64,000 nt of DNA from a virus (taxonomy: Duplodnaviria; Caudoviricetes): positions 15,409 to 79,408 of IMG/VR virus record IMGVR_UViG_3300032240_001531; one strand, 5' to 3'. Under the pieces are notes generated by a model, which saw nothing but the letters and a program-made list of their open reading frames with translations, was not told the DNA's origin and ran no database searches. The position numbers were made by a program, and so were the translations under genes. This document shows, piece by piece, positions 19,734-29,844 of this stretch. Position 1 is the stretch's first letter. Each line of letters starts with the position of its first letter.

Positions 19734-20415
19734 TATTAAATACCATGGGATTTACCGCGGCGTAGTAGTAGCTACTAATGACCCTGAAAACCTAGGCAGA
19801 ATTACTTTAAGGGTTCCACAAGTTTTTGGTACTGAAGTAACTAACTGGGTTTACCCTATTGTTGGGGGGCCTAAAAATAATAAAATACCTTATGGTTCTT
19901 TTTATGACACTACTACTCAAACTTTAACAGGAGCTAATACGCCCAAAGCAATTACTCTTAATACAACAGATAAAAGTAACGGAGTTACTATTGGGGCACC
20001 AACCTCTAAAATTATATTTAAATACGCTGGAACATATAATGTTCAATTTTCTGCGCAAGTAGCAAATAATGGAACTGGTATTGCAAATCTTTGGTTACGT
20101 AAAAATGGCACAGATGTGCCTTGGACTAATGGTGAAGTAACAACCTCAAATACAAACCATCACGTCCTTCCTGCTTGGAATTATGTATTAACTTTGGCTG
20201 CTAACGATTATCTTGAATTTGTTTGGATGAGCAATGATGCGGCTAATACCCTAGAGGCACAGGCGGCAACTACCTCCCCTGCATCTCCGGGGGTACCTTC
20301 AATGATTGTTACCGCCACGCTTGTCGGTAATTTTTTACCTTCCTCCGGAGACCCTTGCTGGGTTATGTTCGAAGGCGGAGACCCCAATTTTCCACTATGG
20401 TTAGGAACATTCTAA
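19723..20415 (+). CDS. Baseplate spike protein (gp5/gpV OB-fold) with inserted C1q-like domain
   Basis: YRGVVVATNDPENLGRITLRVP and GDPCWVMFEGGDPNFPLWLG halves of the OB fold flank a ~145 aa insert. Confidence 0.8.
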   Translation: MQSDIKYHGIYRGVVVATNDPENLGRITLRVPQVFGTEVTNWVYPIVGGPKNNKIPYGSFYDTTTQTLTGANTPKAITLNTTDKSNGVTIGAPTSKIIFKYAGTYNVQFSAQVANNGTGIANLWLRKNGTDVPWTNGEVTTSNTNHHVLPAWNYVLTLAANDYLEFVWMSNDAANTLEAQAATTSPASPGVPSMIVTATLVGNFLPSSGDPCWVMFEGGDPNFPLWLGTF

Positions 20416-20834
20416 TGGCAATTAATGTAATCAATTATCCATTTTCTTTAAGCAAAAACATTGCTGGTACTTATATTAATACAGTCGCAGCTACTACTGA
20501 CCCTAAGAAAATATGGCAGCAACGAGTGTTGTTAGTGTTAGGAACTAGGCCAGGAGAACGCTTAATGCGCCCTGATTTTGGCAGTAATTTGCATACTGTT
20601 GTATTTGAACCAGAAGCTACTGCTGGTCAAATAGCTAAAGATAGTATTACCCGAGCATTTAACGATTGGTTGCCAAGCCTTGAATTACGCCAAATTAGCC
20701 CGTCATTTAACCCAACTACAGGAACTTTAACCGTAAGTATTACCTATGGACTGCCCAACGGAGAGGCAGATAGTGTTACAATTAATACTGGAATATTCAA
20801 CCGTTCTGGTGACTTGCTTCAGGAGATTAACTAA
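20415..20834 (+). CDS. Baseplate wedge / sheath initiator (gp25 / gpW family)
   Basis: TRPGERLMRPDFGS signature. Confidence 0.9.
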   Translation: MAINVINYPFSLSKNIAGTYINTVAATTDPKKIWQQRVLLVLGTRPGERLMRPDFGSNLHTVVFEPEATAGQIAKDSITRAFNDWLPSLELRQISPSFNPTTGTLTVSITYGLPNGEADSVTINTGIFNRSGDLLQEIN

Positions 20835-23074
20835 TGGCTACTAACGTTAGCGTTACTAAAAACTATATTCCGCAAATTGACTACGTCTCACGTGACTATA
20901 CAGCAATTTTAACGGACTTAACTGCTATCGCTAAGCAATTCAACCCTACCTGGGCTGTTAGCGACCCTAGTGATATTGGTGTAGCACTCCTTGAAACATT
21001 TGCATACCTTGGCGACATTCTTAGCTTTTACACTGACCGCATGGCTTCTGAAGGGTTTTTAGGTACCGCTAGCCAACGCGCCAGCGTTTTGCAAATTGCA
21101 AACATGCTTGGATATACTCCTACCCCAAGTAGCGCAGCTACTGTATCTTTATCTATTAAAAACAATAACACTAGCGGAACTTTAACAATTCCGGCGGGTA
21201 CTCAAGTTGCTTCTACAACCAATGTTAATGGGCAAAGCACTCAAGTAGTATTTGAGCTTGACTCTGATGTGTCTGTAGCGTTTGGTGCTACAGTCAATAC
21301 AACTGCTACTCAAGGCATTACAACTACTGACGAATCACTTGGAACCTCTAATGGAACACCAAGTCAAGTATTTAAGATTTCTCAAGCTGGCGTCGTAATT
21401 AATAGCACTGGAAGTAATATTACTGTCAAAGTTGGCGGTGTTCCGTATACATACAGTTCTGCTCTTGTAGACAATAACCCTTATGATTCGTCTTTTACAA
21501 CAAACATGGACTCAGATGGCTATACCTACATCGTGTTTGGTGACGGAGTTGGTGGACGTATTCCACCCGCAACTTACACAATTACGGTTACCTACCGTAC
21601 CGGAGTTGGTTCAGCCGGAAATATTGCTTTAGGTTCTTTAGCTGAAAAAACTCTTACTGGTAGCTACAACGTAACTGTTGCTCAGCTTAACGCTGGTACT
21701 GGTGGCGCAGACCTTGAGTCTACTGACTCTATTAGAGTTAACGCACCTAGAGCATTAAGAACTTTACGTCGTGCAGTGTCTTTAAAAGATTATGGTTATC
21801 TGGCTCTTCAAGTAACTGGAGTATCTAAAGCTAACGCAGATGCTTCTGTCTGGTCTAGCGTAAATCTATATATAGCACCTTTTAGCAGTAGTGCTGTAAA
21901 TACCTATGGCCCATTTACTAATGTTACTGCTGTAGCTGAAACGGCAAGCGATAGTACTGCCGGTACGGGTTATCTAACTTACACTATTGCAACTACAGGC
22001 CTTGTTACTAATCAAAGCTACGTAACAGTTACGGGATGTACCTGGGCTACTTATGACATAGTCACCCCTACCATGGTTACATATGCAGACACTACAAAAT
22101 TTACTGTGGCTAAGCCTTCTGGAATTACCACACTTCCTAATAAATCAGGAGTTACTGCCGGCCCTAATGCTATAGTTACTGCTACTGGCGGTAACACTGA
22201 CGCTTTTACTACTCTTAAAACAGATGTAGTTAACTACTTTACAGATAAAGTTGCACCTAACGTTAGCTTATCTGTATTACCCCCTACATATGTTCCTGTT
22301 AACCTTAATATGACTTTGCACGTGCTGCCACAATACAGCCAAGCATCAGTAGTAACCCAAGTTCAAAATGCCCTATCTAATTTAGTTTCTTACAATAACT
22401 CATTTTTTGCTGATAGGGTTCCTCCGCACTTTGTTCTAAATGCTATTACAAATATTGACGGTGTTGACTATGCCACTATTGAACACTTACGTAAAAACTC
22501 TAATGAACAACGCTATTGGGTTTATTACTACACTCGTACTGCTGGTACTGCCACATTATTTTTTCCAAATAACCACAACATTATTGCAGGACAAATAATC
22601 ACAATATCTGGCGTATCTACTTTTGACGGCACATACGCCGTAAACTCCGTCACTACTAACTCAGTAACAATTACAGTACCTGCGGGTACAGCAACACCTT
22701 CGGGAGTTACATCATCAGCTGTGACGGTTCCTGGAACTAATACAATTCCTATTACAACCCCTGCTTCTAAAGGAATTGTAGCTGGTATGTATGTTACTGG
22801 AACTAACGTACCTACTGGCACATACAACCCAGCAATAGTTACATCGGTTGGTGCAAGCTCAATTACTATTGATCAAACTATTGGTTCTGTTACAGCAAGC
22901 GGTACAGCTCTTTCATTTAGCTGGCCTCCTAGCACATACTTAAACTTAGCTTCTGTAACAGCAATAGATTCAACTACTTCAAATGGAGTTGTTACATCTG
23001 GAATTGTTTGTGCCGCTAATGAAATTCCTATTAAAGGTACATTCACTATTGCTGCTACTGGCGGACTTCAATAA
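20834..23074 (+). CDS. Baseplate wedge protein (gpJ / gp6-like)
   Basis: DYVSRDY, GGADLES, RAVSLKDY motifs. Confidence 0.9.
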   Translation: MATNVSVTKNYIPQIDYVSRDYTAILTDLTAIAKQFNPTWAVSDPSDIGVALLETFAYLGDILSFYTDRMASEGFLGTASQRASVLQIANMLGYTPTPSSAATVSLSIKNNNTSGTLTIPAGTQVASTTNVNGQSTQVVFELDSDVSVAFGATVNTTATQGITTTDESLGTSNGTPSQVFKISQAGVVINSTGSNITVKVGGVPYTYSSALVDNNPYDSSFTTNMDSDGYTYIVFGDGVGGRIPPATYTITVTYRTGVGSAGNIALGSLAEKTLTGSYNVTVAQLNAGTGGADLESTDSIRVNAPRALRTLRRAVSLKDYGYLALQVTGVSKANADASVWSSVNLYIAPFSSSAVNTYGPFTNVTAVAETASDSTAGTGYLTYTIATTGLVTNQSYVTVTGCTWATYDIVTPTMVTYADTTKFTVAKPSGITTLPNKSGVTAGPNAIVTATGGNTDAFTTLKTDVVNYFTDKVAPNVSLSVLPPTYVPVNLNMTLHVLPQYSQASVVTQVQNALSNLVSYNNSFFADRVPPHFVLNAITNIDGVDYATIEHLRKNSNEQRYWVYYYTRTAGTATLFFPNNHNIIAGQIITISGVSTFDGTYAVNSVTTNSVTITVPAGTATPSGVTSSAVTVPGTNTIPITTPASKGIVAGMYVTGTNVPTGTYNPAIVTSVGASSITIDQTIGSVTASGTALSFSWPPSTYLNLASVTAIDSTTSNGVVTSGIVCAANEIPIKGTFTIAATGGLQ

Positions 23075-23088
23075 AGGAGAATAAATAA

Positions 23089-23793
23089 ATGGCAACTTAT
23101 CCAAGTGCATTAACAACCTATACTAATAAAGTAGATGGTGTCGACATAGTATTAGCTAATGATATGAACAGCGTTCAAGGAGAAATCCAAGCAATTGAAG
23201 GCGAACTTGGCACCAACCCAAGAACTTCTACCATAGGTAATACCGCTGGTAGTTTTGTTTCTAATTTAAATTCAACAGTAGCTGCAAGATTATCTAATAT
23301 AGAAGCTGGACTTACTGGGGGTACTTCAGATGGCTCACGTATTGGATATACACAACTTGCTACTGGTTCTTTAGCTAGCACCTCAACCTCAGTTTCAGTC
23401 ACTACTACGGGATATAATAAAGTAGTTGTAATTATTTATGTCGCTACCATAGGTTCTGGAACTCAAATTCTTATGAACGCTAATAGCTCTACTTTACAAA
23501 AATTTGGTAGGTTTAACTTTGCTGCTTCTCCACCTGTTGTAGGAGATAACGCTGCTACTACTGGTCTTCCAATAAGTAATGGTGCGGCTCCTGCTAGCGG
23601 TGACGTAATACAAGCAGAAATTTATAACGCATCTGCATCTGGTACTAAACCAGTTAACTGGACAAACGCACTTGGTTGGGGAGCTGGTTCATATATTTCT
23701 GGTGGAACAATTACTGGAGCAATTACAAACATTACTTTTTCTCATACCACTGCCCCTACTACATCGACATATTATATCTACGGCGTTAAGTAA
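23089..23793 (+). CDS. Probable short tail fibre
   Basis: YPSAL...VLANDMNSVQGEIQAIEGELG fibre-anchor-like N-terminus, beta-rich C-terminus. Confidence 0.6.
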   Translation: MATYPSALTTYTNKVDGVDIVLANDMNSVQGEIQAIEGELGTNPRTSTIGNTAGSFVSNLNSTVAARLSNIEAGLTGGTSDGSRIGYTQLATGSLASTSTSVSVTTTGYNKVVVIIYVATIGSGTQILMNANSSTLQKFGRFNFAASPPVVGDNAATTGLPISNGAAPASGDVIQAEIYNASASGTKPVNWTNALGWGAGSYISGGTITGAITNITFSHTTAPTTSTYYIYGVK

Positions 23794-23804
23794 TAGGTAA
23801 ATAA

Positions 23805-26800
23805 ATGACAGTTTATGGTTCTAGGGTATATAGGTCTTTTAGGTATGGAGTTGGTTCTACCACTGATATAAGCGTATACCCTTTTACAGCACAGTCTTTA
23901 GACTATGGGACTATTAAACTATCTTGGGTATACCCAACTCCAACTTCTAATTTTACAACATTTTTACTAGTAAGGAATCCTTCCGGTTTTCCAATTACCC
24001 CGGATGGTGGGGATTTAATTTATAAAAGTTCTAAAACTGCGTTGGCAACTGCGGGCGGTCTTTTAGCAACTAAAACATCAGTAAGTTCTTCGGGAACTAC
24101 TTTTACTGTGTCTAATACAACAGGATTATCTAAAGGGCAATCTATATTTGTTACTGCGGGTACGGGGACATTAAGTTCGGCTGGTTACACTGTAATTACC
24201 TCAATAGATACTACTGCTTCTACATTTACAGTTAATTTAGCCCCTACAGTTCCATTATCCGGAGCAACCATTACAGTTTATGGTTGCTATCTTGATAGTG
24301 CTGTTCCTATTACAGATACAGGTTCTTTTTACGATCCTATTACCGGCTCTGCAACTACTACTTATACATCTATCACTACGGGCACAGTAGATGCTAGCAT
24401 TTACGTAACTCTTACTGCGGCTAATGCAAATATTAAAGTTGGTCAACTAGTTACTTATACTGCGTCTGGATATTTAACTGGAGCTAACGCTGGCAGTGGA
24501 ATTATCGGAAACACTACAGTTGCTGCAATTAATGGAACTACTTTAACTTTAAGCAAACCCGCTTATATTCCAAGCGGAACTACTTTAACATTTTCTCCAA
24601 CATTCTTAACTCCAGGTAAGTCCTATTACTATTCCGCTTTTGTTTACACAAATAGTTATTGGCAACGTGTTGGAACTGCCATGGGTACATCTATTAAGGA
24701 CTATAATACCGCTAATGTAATGTATAACTCCTTGCCTCAAGTTTACTTATCTTCCTCAACTAGCTCTAATAAAAATAATGACTTATATAACTTATTAAGA
24801 GTTATTGGTGTTCAGTATGACCTCATTAAAACAAAAGTAGAAAACGCTAAAAATAGATACGATGTAAATAATTTAGACGGCAAGTTATTGCCAGCTCTTA
24901 TGGACCAAATGGGCTTTTCATATGAGAGCGGATTAGGCATACAACAAAGCAGAAGAATGCTTAATAACGCTGATTATATCTACCTTAATAAAGGAACTGG
25001 CCAAGGCGTAAAACAATTTGTTACTTCATTTACCGGTTACCCGGCGACTATTAACCCCTTTAAGAACTTATTTTTGACACTTGATTGTGCTTCTTTTGAA
25101 GCATCTGATGGGTACTGGAGTACTAGCGGAAACGCTATAACGGCCGTAAATACTACCCCGACTTTAGAGGGAGGAAGCCCAGCAGCTTACGCCGAATCTA
25201 ATTCTCCTACTGGTTATGCAAATAGTCGTCTTGGTTATTTAAAAGCTACTATAACTGCAACAGGTGGTCAATCGGCATGGGAACTATCATATGGAACATC
25301 TCCCGATAGTGTTAATGTACCAATTACCTCATCATTTACAACTACAACTACAACTACCGGAGCTATCACTTCCTCTACCAATATCACTCTTGCTTCTGCC
25401 GCAGGTGTGGTTGTAGGTCAAAAAGTTTCTGTATCTGCTGGTACTGGTGTGCTTGGTACCGGCGCAATTGTGACATCTGTCATAGGTTCGGTAATTCAAG
25501 TTAGCGTTGGTTCTACTACTAACTTTGCTAGCGGAGATACTTTACGTTTTGATACAACTGCATCTAATAACGTTACTGATGGTTGGGGCATTACTACCCT
25601 CACTACTTCTAAAGAACACGGTTTTTCTGTTGGACAATCTATAGTTCTTCAAGGAATGTCCCCAAATTATATAAACGGTATTTTTAAAATTATTGCTGTC
25701 CCTAACTCAAAATCTTTTACTTTTTACAATGCAGCGGCTGCAAGTGCCGGTCCAAGTGCTGGCGTAATTACAATTGTTCCGGTAGGGGATGTTGGAATAG
25801 TTAATTTGTATGATCCTGTACTCTATGGAATACCTATTTCCTCTAGCACAAGTCATAAATTTTCTTTTTATGTATACGCCCCGTCTGCACGTTTTATTGA
25901 TTCCGGTATTAAATGGTACGACAAAAATGGGACGTTTATATCTACTGGAACTAGCAGTTCTTCAGTTACTACCACAAATACATGGACTCAATTAAGCCAT
26001 ACTTCATCATCTCCTAGTTATGCTGCCTACGGTGTTCCGTTTATAAAATTACTTAATACTACAGGCGCTGGTGTTCCAACAGCTATGACTGTCGGAGAAA
26101 AATATTATTTTGATGCTTTGCAGTTTGAGGCAACTCCTTTTTCTACAAAATACTATGACCCTAGACGTGTAGACATTTACCTAAGCGCTCCTAGAATAAA
26201 TCAAATTATTAACCCGGGATTTGAAACAGATAAAACAAATTGGGCCGCCACTGGTACATCCGCGTTTAATACAACTACATCCGCAGGTAATATATATCCT
26301 ACTAGTGTTGACGGTTTAGGAGTAGCCGTAAGCACTAGAGCAATATTTATGGTAGCAAACGCTCTTACTAGTACTCTTGCACCTACTAGCCCTATTACGG
26401 TAACAGGAAACACTAAGTACGCGTTTAGTGTTTATGTAAAAGGGTCTAATATTAATGATACAGTTACAGCTACTATTGTTTGGAAAGACTCTGGCGGTAC
26501 TACTTTACAAACTGATACTTCAGCTACATTAGCTTTACCTACTTCTAATTTTACTCGTTTGTCATTAGCACCTACTTCTGGCTCTACACAAATGATTTCT
26601 CCAGCAACTGCTACGACAGCAACGCTTACATTAACTTTTGGCGGATTTAGCCCATATGGGCATACTTATTATGTAGATTCCGTACTATTTGAGGCGAGCG
26701 CCACAGTAAATGCTTATTTTGATGGTGGTACTGGTTACAATAACACGGATGATTTAATTTGGGAGCAAAATGCTGCTGGAACTAAGGGCACTTCGGAAAC

Positions 26801-26921
26801 AGGTAGAAGCCTTTATTACCCTAACAGATTATTAACCCAAAATCGTTTAAACGCTGTACTAGCTGACTATCTACCTCTAGGCTCTACTTACGCGGTATTT
26901 ATTGGTACTACCGCTACTTGA
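23805..26921 (+). CDS. Baseplate wedge/tail protein (gpI / gp7-like) with carbohydrate-binding-like domains
   Basis: YNSLPQVY, IYLNKGT core; NPGFE...YVDSVLFE CBM-like modules. Confidence 0.7.
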   Translation: MTVYGSRVYRSFRYGVGSTTDISVYPFTAQSLDYGTIKLSWVYPTPTSNFTTFLLVRNPSGFPITPDGGDLIYKSSKTALATAGGLLATKTSVSSSGTTFTVSNTTGLSKGQSIFVTAGTGTLSSAGYTVITSIDTTASTFTVNLAPTVPLSGATITVYGCYLDSAVPITDTGSFYDPITGSATTTYTSITTGTVDASIYVTLTAANANIKVGQLVTYTASGYLTGANAGSGIIGNTTVAAINGTTLTLSKPAYIPSGTTLTFSPTFLTPGKSYYYSAFVYTNSYWQRVGTAMGTSIKDYNTANVMYNSLPQVYLSSSTSSNKNNDLYNLLRVIGVQYDLIKTKVENAKNRYDVNNLDGKLLPALMDQMGFSYESGLGIQQSRRMLNNADYIYLNKGTGQGVKQFVTSFTGYPATINPFKNLFLTLDCASFEASDGYWSTSGNAITAVNTTPTLEGGSPAAYAESNSPTGYANSRLGYLKATITATGGQSAWELSYGTSPDSVNVPITSSFTTTTTTTGAITSSTNITLASAAGVVVGQKVSVSAGTGVLGTGAIVTSVIGSVIQVSVGSTTNFASGDTLRFDTTASNNVTDGWGITTLTTSKEHGFSVGQSIVLQGMSPNYINGIFKIIAVPNSKSFTFYNAAAASAGPSAGVITIVPVGDVGIVNLYDPVLYGIPISSSTSHKFSFYVYAPSARFIDSGIKWYDKNGTFISTGTSSSSVTTTNTWTQLSHTSSSPSYAAYGVPFIKLLNTTGAGVPTAMTVGEKYYFDALQFEATPFSTKYYDPRRVDIYLSAPRINQIINPGFETDKTNWAATGTSAFNTTTSAGNIYPTSVDGLGVAVSTRAIFMVANALTSTLAPTSPITVTGNTKYAFSVYVKGSNINDTVTATIVWKDSGGTTLQTDTSATLALPTSNFTRLSLAPTSGSTQMISPATATTATLTLTFGGFSPYGHTYYVDSVLFEASATVNAYFDGGTGYNNTDDLIWEQNAAGTKGTSETGRSLYYPNRLLTQNRLNAVLADYLPLGSTYAVFIGTTAT

Positions 26922-26945
26922 CGTTTTTTAATTCTTCTGTATACT
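26918..26945 (+). promoter_or_regulatory. Sigma-A type promoter of the replication operon
   Basis: TTGACG-N16-TATACT upstream of an AGGAGG SD. Confidence 0.6.
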
Positions 26946-26971
26946 AATACTTCCGTTCATAGGAGGTAATT

Positions 26972-27580
26972 ATGAGACGAGTAACCATCGCGGTTATGGG
27001 TAATGGTAAAACAACCCGGGCTAACGTAGAGGCCCTTATTAGTGATGTTGTAGATTCAGTTGATGAAGCAACTATCGCTATTGTATATAATGAAAAAAAG
27101 TCTGATGGAGTCGAATGGACTTATCAATACGCAATCGATAAAGAACTACCAATTCTTGATTATTCTAGGAATAATTATGAAGAACTTCTGGTTGATAATA
27201 CTAAGGAAGAGCTTAGATTCTTCGCCTTATGGGATGACGACGACTCAGAATGTCAAGCCGCTGCTGCAATAGCTCAGCAACACAATATCCCTGTTTATGA
27301 CCTTACAAACGGTCTTATGCTAATACCTTTAAGCCAAGGAACTATCGCAAGTCCCCCACGCGTTGTAATGCCGGTGGTAGAGACTCAAATAACTGAGGAG
27401 CCTGCCCCCGCAGAAAAAGTAGTTAAAGCTATTACAGAAGCTTTGCCTGATGATGAAGAAGATGAAGCATATGACAGCGAGTACGACCTAGAAGAGAATT
27501 TGGTTGTGCTAATGTCAGAGATGGGTAAGATTTTTGCCCGATCATTTGCTAAAGAATTTAAGCGCATCATCAAGGAATAG
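26972..27580 (+). CDS. Hypothetical protein, SLOG-like N-terminal domain and acidic tail
   Basis: IAVMG...FALWD...AQQHNIPVY pattern. Confidence 0.45.
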   Translation: MRRVTIAVMGNGKTTRANVEALISDVVDSVDEATIAIVYNEKKSDGVEWTYQYAIDKELPILDYSRNNYEELLVDNTKEELRFFALWDDDDSECQAAAAIAQQHNIPVYDLTNGLMLIPLSQGTIASPPRVVMPVVETQITEEPAPAEKVVKAITEALPDDEEDEAYDSEYDLEENLVVLMSEMGKIFARSFAKEFKRIIKE

Positions 27581-27581
27581 C

Positions 27582-28454
27582 ATGTCTATCAATATTAGTC
27601 GGCAGGCACAGGACTGCCTAGCTTTCCTATACCTGAATCCAACTCTTATAATAAATCACCGTACCCTAATGGAACACAAAGGCTTGAGCAGACGCAAGAG
27701 CCTATCTGTTTTACAGGAATTACGAGACGCAAACTGCATCAAAATGACTAGAATAGTTGGTGCAGGTACTAAAACTAAAGTGGTAATGTCTGACGTGACC
27801 AAATCGGTCATATCAGGTTATCGCCATATAGCAGTACAGCTAGTAAGCCATATTTCTAATAGCAATACAGCTAGTACTACTAATATAGCTACAAATAAAT
27901 TCCTCGACGAGGTCGAGGGGAAGGAAGAAGAAGTGGGTTATGAGTACTTTAAAAAGATGTCGTCTCCAGATGACGATACTCTGGCGGACCGCGCAAAGCA
28001 TCTGGCACAGAAGAAAGCCGAGTACGTGGAGATTCGCGAGGCTAAGGCGCAAAAACGCAAAGACCAGCACCGCTCTAAGATTTCTCCAGCAGACTGGACA
28101 TGCAAAGACGTTGCCTATGAGTTTGGCGACCGAATGGCCGACATATGGTCAATCAAGCCATTCAGTGTCACTCAGTCCAGGTTTGTACAGGCACTCTCGG
28201 TATTCCGGAAACAACATGATACGAACGGTGAAGTGGAGCTCAAGATTATCGAGTTATTCTTCAGCACCCTCAAGTCCGAAAAGTACACTGACGGAAATCA
28301 CCTTTGGAGAGCTTTCCTCTACAAAGCCCCCAGTTTGCTAATGCAGGCTCGTGAGAGTATCATCACGGTAGAGCAGATGGAAACTAACATTATTCGTGAC
28401 CAAGAGCTAACTAACCGTAAGCTTGCTCTGCTAGACGAGGACGAAAATGTATAA
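27582..28454 (+). CDS. Replication initiator-like protein
   Basis: N-terminal winged-HTH-like segment, repeat-bearing linker, directly upstream of a DnaC-like ATPase. Confidence 0.55.
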   Translation: MSINISRQAQDCLAFLYLNPTLIINHRTLMEHKGLSRRKSLSVLQELRDANCIKMTRIVGAGTKTKVVMSDVTKSVISGYRHIAVQLVSHISNSNTASTTNIATNKFLDEVEGKEEEVGYEYFKKMSSPDDDTLADRAKHLAQKKAEYVEIREAKAQKRKDQHRSKISPADWTCKDVAYEFGDRMADIWSIKPFSVTQSRFVQALSVFRKQHDTNGEVELKIIELFFSTLKSEKYTDGNHLWRAFLYKAPSLLMQARESIITVEQMETNIIRDQELTNRKLALLDEDENV

Positions 28455-29133
28455 GCCAAACGATTTGCCGGCCCGTAGACGGACCTGGGTTAAGATTGCG
28501 AGTATACCCCCAGCCAAGCTTGGTTGGACCCTTGAGGACTGTTCTGACGTCTCTGCGGATGTAATGACGGCCGTCTCTAAGTGGTTTTCAGCAGTAACAG
28601 CCGACAAAGTAATTAGAGCCGAAGGTAAGCAAACTTGTGGCCTTGGTTTAATGCTTTATGGACTTCCAGGTCGCGGTAAGACCACAATGGCTAATACCTT
28701 GATTCAGGAAGTGCTTCGTAAAGCAGCTCCAGAAATTTTAGGTATGGAACCAGGAAAAACTGTTTCTCGCCCTTGCTATTTCATAACATACAACGGGCTA
28801 CTAGACCTTAAGGGCGCAATCATGGAAGACCATGAGAGCGATGATGAGTTGCTTTACAACGGCATACTTGGCGAGGCATATGATGATGCTTACAACGTCC
28901 GTGTTCTAGTCCTAGATGATGTCGGTAAAGAGCACGCTAGTGCTTCAGGTTGGCAGAAGAATATGCTTCACCACGTTCTTAGAACAAGATTTAATAACGG
29001 CCTTCCTACTATTGTCACTACTAATATCAAGATGGATGACTGGGAAGCTCACTATGGGTCTGCAACTCAGTCGTTTGTTCACGAAGCTTTTATTTATGTG
29101 AACATGGATTCATCTGCCGATTTAAGGAAGTAG
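28447..29133 (+). CDS. DnaC/IstB-like helicase loader ATPase
   Basis: Walker A GLPGRGKT, Walker B LVLDDVG, R...LPTIVTTN. Confidence 0.85.
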   Translation: MYKPNDLPARRRTWVKIASIPPAKLGWTLEDCSDVSADVMTAVSKWFSAVTADKVIRAEGKQTCGLGLMLYGLPGRGKTTMANTLIQEVLRKAAPEILGMEPGKTVSRPCYFITYNGLLDLKGAIMEDHESDDELLYNGILGEAYDDAYNVRVLVLDDVGKEHASASGWQKNMLHHVLRTRFNNGLPTIVTTNIKMDDWEAHYGSATQSFVHEAFIYVNMDSSADLRK

Positions 29134-29134
29134 C

Positions 29135-29437
29135 ATGGTTGAAAATAAAAGACTGCTACAAATATTTCTTAGCCATAGGTCAGACAGTCCAGGTCCAGGT
29201 ATTTTTGAAGTGAACACTACTCCAGATAAATATTTGTCATGTAATTGTCCAGGATTTGCTGCCAAAGATAGTTGCAAACACACAGCGTTAGTAGAGCGCA
29301 GAATCGAAGAGGGTGGAGGAATGTATCCATTTGATTTTTCTGACAGAGTTAACACAGAACAAATACGAGTTGCAATGAAGACCGAACAAACATTTCGCGA
29401 CTTTATAATTAAGCACGCTAAAGTGGAGATTTACTAA
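29135..29437 (+). CDS. SWIM zinc finger protein
   Basis: CNCPGF...CKH. Confidence 0.75.
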   Translation: MVENKRLLQIFLSHRSDSPGPGIFEVNTTPDKYLSCNCPGFAAKDSCKHTALVERRIEEGGGMYPFDFSDRVNTEQIRVAMKTEQTFRDFIIKHAKVEIY

Positions 29438-29844
29438 TGCAAGGAAATGACATTAGCAATTCTTTACCGCAACGTGTTATAGTGACTGCTGATGTGATTG
29501 TAGATATTTACGAGGACAATAGAAAAGTTCTTGGATTTGTGCCAGTTAAAAAAAGACGTAAGGAGTATAACAGGATGGTTCTTAGCCACTTGTATATGAC
29601 CACTCTTAGACGCGGCATTACAATGGAGCTTATTAGCTTTACGCATTCAGAAGATGAAGTGATAGAGTTAATGCTTCATTTAGACAAGATCGGAACGAAC
29701 CCATTTCGGTACGGCTCGTCTTACAAATCGGTTGATAAGTTAGTTGCAGAACTTCCTTATAGGCCAGAGGTTATTGGTGTAATAGATATACCATCGCGAC
29801 TACTTCGGTACGGTCGATGGGGGATGGATTTTCCTTCATTATGA
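29437..29844 (+). CDS. Hypothetical protein (possibly degenerate HAD fold)
   Basis: 135 aa, coupled within the replication operon. Confidence 0.5.
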   Translation: MQGNDISNSLPQRVIVTADVIVDIYEDNRKVLGFVPVKKRRKEYNRMVLSHLYMTTLRRGITMELISFTHSEDEVIELMLHLDKIGTNPFRYGSSYKSVDKLVAELPYRPEVIGVIDIPSRLLRYGRWGMDFPSL

